Shown piece after piece: positions 35,880-38,937 of a DNA stretch of 38,937 nucleotides. Every line of letters begins with the position of its first letter. Position 1 is the first letter of the stretch. The position numbers and the translations under genes were made by a program. The notes under the pieces were generated by a model that was given only the letters and a program-made list of their open reading frames with translations, did no database searches and was not told where the DNA came from. Source of the DNA: Hydrurus foetidus (Eukaryota). Location of the stretch: positions 1 to 38,937 of the forward strand of contig UYFQ01000403.1 in the NCBI GenBank assembly GCA_900617105.1, in the 5' to 3' direction.

Positions 35880-36620
35880 ACAGGGTTATGTTCAACCTAC
35901 ACGTGTTGGGATTTGTGGCTCCGCGACGAGTTAATCTGAATTTACATCAAATAATCTACTTAAAAATCAAATCTGTCGGCTGCAGTAGCTTGCACGCAGT
36001 AACTTCAACAATAAATGTTCAATTTGCTTCAAACATAAATAATTATGTTCATGATGGAAACTTGCATGTATGCATAAACTTATGTAAAATAAGGAGTATG
36101 CCATTGCTTGATATGCTGTATGGGCTGTGTCAACTATTGGGAATTGGGGCTCCGCGACGAATTAATCTGAAGTTACATCAAATTTTTTACTTCAATACCA
36201 AAGCTGTCGGCTGCAGAAGCTGGCGCGCATTAACTTCAGCAGTCAATGTTCAATTTGTTTTATAAAAATAATTGTATTCATGTAGTTGATTTTTATGTCT
36301 GCATTTACTGATGTGAGATTAAGCATTATTAAAGAGTATGCTATGGCTTGTCATGGTGTCTGGTGTGTGAAAACTATTGGTGATCGTGGCCCTAAGCAAA
36401 AAAAATTATGAATCACATCAAATATTCTTCTTAAATACCAAAGCTGTCGGCTGCAGAAGCTGGCGTACATTAACTTCAACAATAAGTGTTCAATTTGCGA
36501 AATACAAAAATAACTGTTTCCAAGTATGTGATTTTGTATGTGCGCATAAACTGATGTGATATACAGCATCAAATAAGTTTATGCTATGGCTTGACATGCT
36601 GTCTGGTCTGTGACATTTAT
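35880..36620. repeat. Three diverged tandem copies of a ~232-240-bp unit
   Basis: ACATCAAAT...CTGTCGGCTGCAG...TAACTTCA...TGTTCAATTTG recurs near 35973, 36205 and 36445. Confidence 0.9.
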
Positions 36621-36693
36621 TGGTTTACAAATAATATTTAACTAGGATTTTTTATGCGTATAACTTAGTTATCTTTTAACAGCATTTATTATT

Positions 36694-37714
36694 TTATTTG
36701 ATAGATTCAGGCTTTAATCTTGTGGCTCCGCGTAAATTACGTATTACGCCTTGGGTTGAACGGTTTAACAGGGCTTCTGGCGGAAAAGTCGAAATTGGCT
36801 GGTGTGTACGCAGCAGGTGGAGGAGTATGCCACGTAGTAGGATTTTTAGATACACCCCGTTGTTTGTGTAGTAGTTGAATGATGGCCACTCGATAACTTC
36901 TGGTAGTACAAGATGGCAAAGAGGCAATTCAGCCCTACGAGGGTTTGGGAGGACAGTTGTTAACGAATACACCTCTGCGACCTGGTGGAACAGTGCTTGC
37001 GACGCATTGGCCGGTTTTAGGACAAACTACAGAAAATTATCACAATAATATTTGATAATATTTAAATCGTAAGGTTAATAATACTTAAGCCTTATCTTTA
37101 TAGCTTACTCATACCTGGAGAAATTTTGAAGCATCCGAATGTATGTAAAGTGGGCCTGTCTTTAAAAACTCCGATGGATCACGAAACAGAAAGACAGTCG
37201 GATTCTCAGTCCTCGATTCGTTTGCGCTACAGAAATATAGACACTGCTAAGAAGTTTAAGTGTCTTGACAGATATGTAATAGTTCTTACTTGAACCAAGT
37301 TTCCAAGAGATGAGCCTGTTCACCCCAACAAATTATAGTTCGGACTACTCCAGTTGGGTCTACAATGGTAATGTTTATAACAGGCTCGAGTTTGTCTTCG
37401 AGGCCGCGTTGCTTTACGTTCTTGTACTCAACTCTTCCCATGGCGACTACAATAAAGCATCTTGCGGCCTTGTCATCAAATACTCTATCGTTAGAAGATC
37501 GGTTGACAATTACAACGTCGGCATCCTCTGCCTGTACGGTGCTTTTTTCTTCTTTGATTAAGTCTTCATCGTCGTGAGCCCAAACATGGTCTTCGTTACA
37601 GATATCCTCGTTTGCTGCTGCCCTAAGGCTCGGTTGATCTGAGGCAGCCGATGCTGTGGAGCTCGATGATTTCTCAACCTTCTTGGTTGCCTTGGATTGA
37701 GGAGATTTTCCCAT
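36694..37714 (-). CDS. OB-fold (RPA1-like) single-stranded-DNA-binding protein; exons 37714-37290, 37226-37115, 37026-36694
   Basis: INITIVDPTGVVRTIICWGEQA matches the RPA1 OB motif (LxDxTGxIxxTxWGExA). Two GT-AG introns (GTAAGA...CTGTAG, GTATGA...CTGTAG) give a continuous open frame. Confidence 0.75.
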
Positions 37715-38205
37715 TGCAAAATTTTTGATAGTTACGTGAATTTGATTGTGACAAGTTGTTCATGATGTGCATTGTTCCATCCACACTTTTCGTTGTGGGA
37801 TGATACATTTTAATTGACATTTGGTCATGATCGTCACGATCATGCCGAAACCCTCCGTCATTATTTGTGTGTGCCGATACTTGTGAATTTGAAAACGTAA
37901 CCGACACCAAATAAGTCTGCACTACTCTACTAATCAATGCTACGTCACTTAAAATGTCAGTTGGGCGGACACTGTTCATCTAAATTGGATGAATGCTGCA
38001 CCTTCAAATCACGTCGACATCACTTTTCATTTAGACGCATGTGGAATTTGTCCATGCACCATACACGGATAATGACTGAACAAATCGAAATCTAACTGCC
38101 GCTCGTCTGACAGAGCAGATCAGACTTGTCCTTAATCTGTAACTGAAATATAATCATGCAGCATTGCGCAATCAGAAGTGGAATATCTGTGTCGAATAAT
38201 TCAGC

Positions 38206-38613
38206 ATGCTTCAGAACTGTGACCTGGATGAAGGGCTTGATGAAAATATTTTTGACTTGGTGAACGCTGAGTACACGAGGGAATACGAGATATATGTAGG
38301 AAGAGTTGATCGACTGCTGTCGACATCCACAACAATTCGTAAGGTCGGAGGTCAACTAAATTACGACGCAATAATTTCTTGGACAAATAGCTATAACGCA
38401 TTCAGAGCAGAGTGCGATTATGAAGCTGCGGATATTAGAAATGCGGTGAACAAAGATACATGTGATATTAATTACTGCGTAAATAATGGTCTTATGTTCT
38501 GGAACTTTCTGAAGACTTCACACTACTTTAAAAAGTCTCCATGGTACTACAGAGAATATATGGTCGAAAAACTCATGGGGACATATGTGGTGGACGTTGA
38601 GTCAATATTGTAA
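38206..38613 (+). CDS. Hypothetical protein (135 aa)
   Basis: ATG-initiated ORF with globular-looking composition, divergent from the OB-fold gene. No recognised motif. Confidence 0.4.
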   Translation: MLQNCDLDEGLDENIFDLVNAEYTREYEIYVGRVDRLLSTSTTIRKVGGQLNYDAIISWTNSYNAFRAECDYEAADIRNAVNKDTCDINYCVNNGLMFWNFLKTSHYFKKSPWYYREYMVEKLMGTYVVDVESIL

Positions 38614-38937
38614 GTAGGAAACTGTTAAATGATAATAACAGCTACAAATTTACAGTAACGTCTAACAGTTTCAACAGGATAACCCAAGACAGCAAAAGAC
38701 AAGTGTCTATTAAGAAAATATCATCTGTCCAAATAGCACAAGGGTGGATTAACAACGTTCATATAGATGACATGGTACGTAATATACTATATATATAGTA
38801 ATAATTGCTGTACTAAATAAACTTTTGTTTCCAGGATGACATAAAATTGTACTTTCAAGCAGAAAGAGGTGACAAACGCCACTTGTGCAAAAAATGTATA
38901 ATTGGTTCAAGCGCAGATTAACAAGCTTCAAAAACTA

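Larger units (their letters stand above)
30937..38937 (+). mobile_element. Helitron/Helentron-like rolling-circle element, internally deleted, with accessory genes; boundaries uncertain
   Basis: Co-occurrence of OTU protease, PIF1 helicase preceded by a RepHel linker motif (YSTLLVHIPW...ELL) and an RPA-like OB-fold gene. All are known Helitron cargo. Termini are not established. Confidence 0.7.

Overview
Eukaryotic DNA (GT-AG spliceosomal introns; host probably a protist, not identifiable with certainty) from a satellite-rich, possibly (peri)centromeric region. A ~181-bp tandem satellite (1-4018 and 12628-26703, about 100 units) is interrupted by an intact, very young Ty1/copia LTR retrotransposon on the minus strand (4019-12627; 913-bp LTRs with one difference seen, ATACG target-site duplication, PBS, PPT). 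This element is atypical. It has a CCCH zinc finger instead of a CCHC knuckle, a ~600-aa extra region between Gag and protease, a single in-frame TGA between protease and integrase, and HSDD at the RT active site. After the array comes ~4 kb of degraded repeat DNA (minisatellite, probable tyrosine-recombinase relic), then one orphan satellite monomer. The rest is a multi-gene Helitron-like element: an OTU protease joined out of frame to a Rep-less PIF1 helicase, a putative papain-fold protease, an RPA-like OB-fold gene and an unknown ORF.
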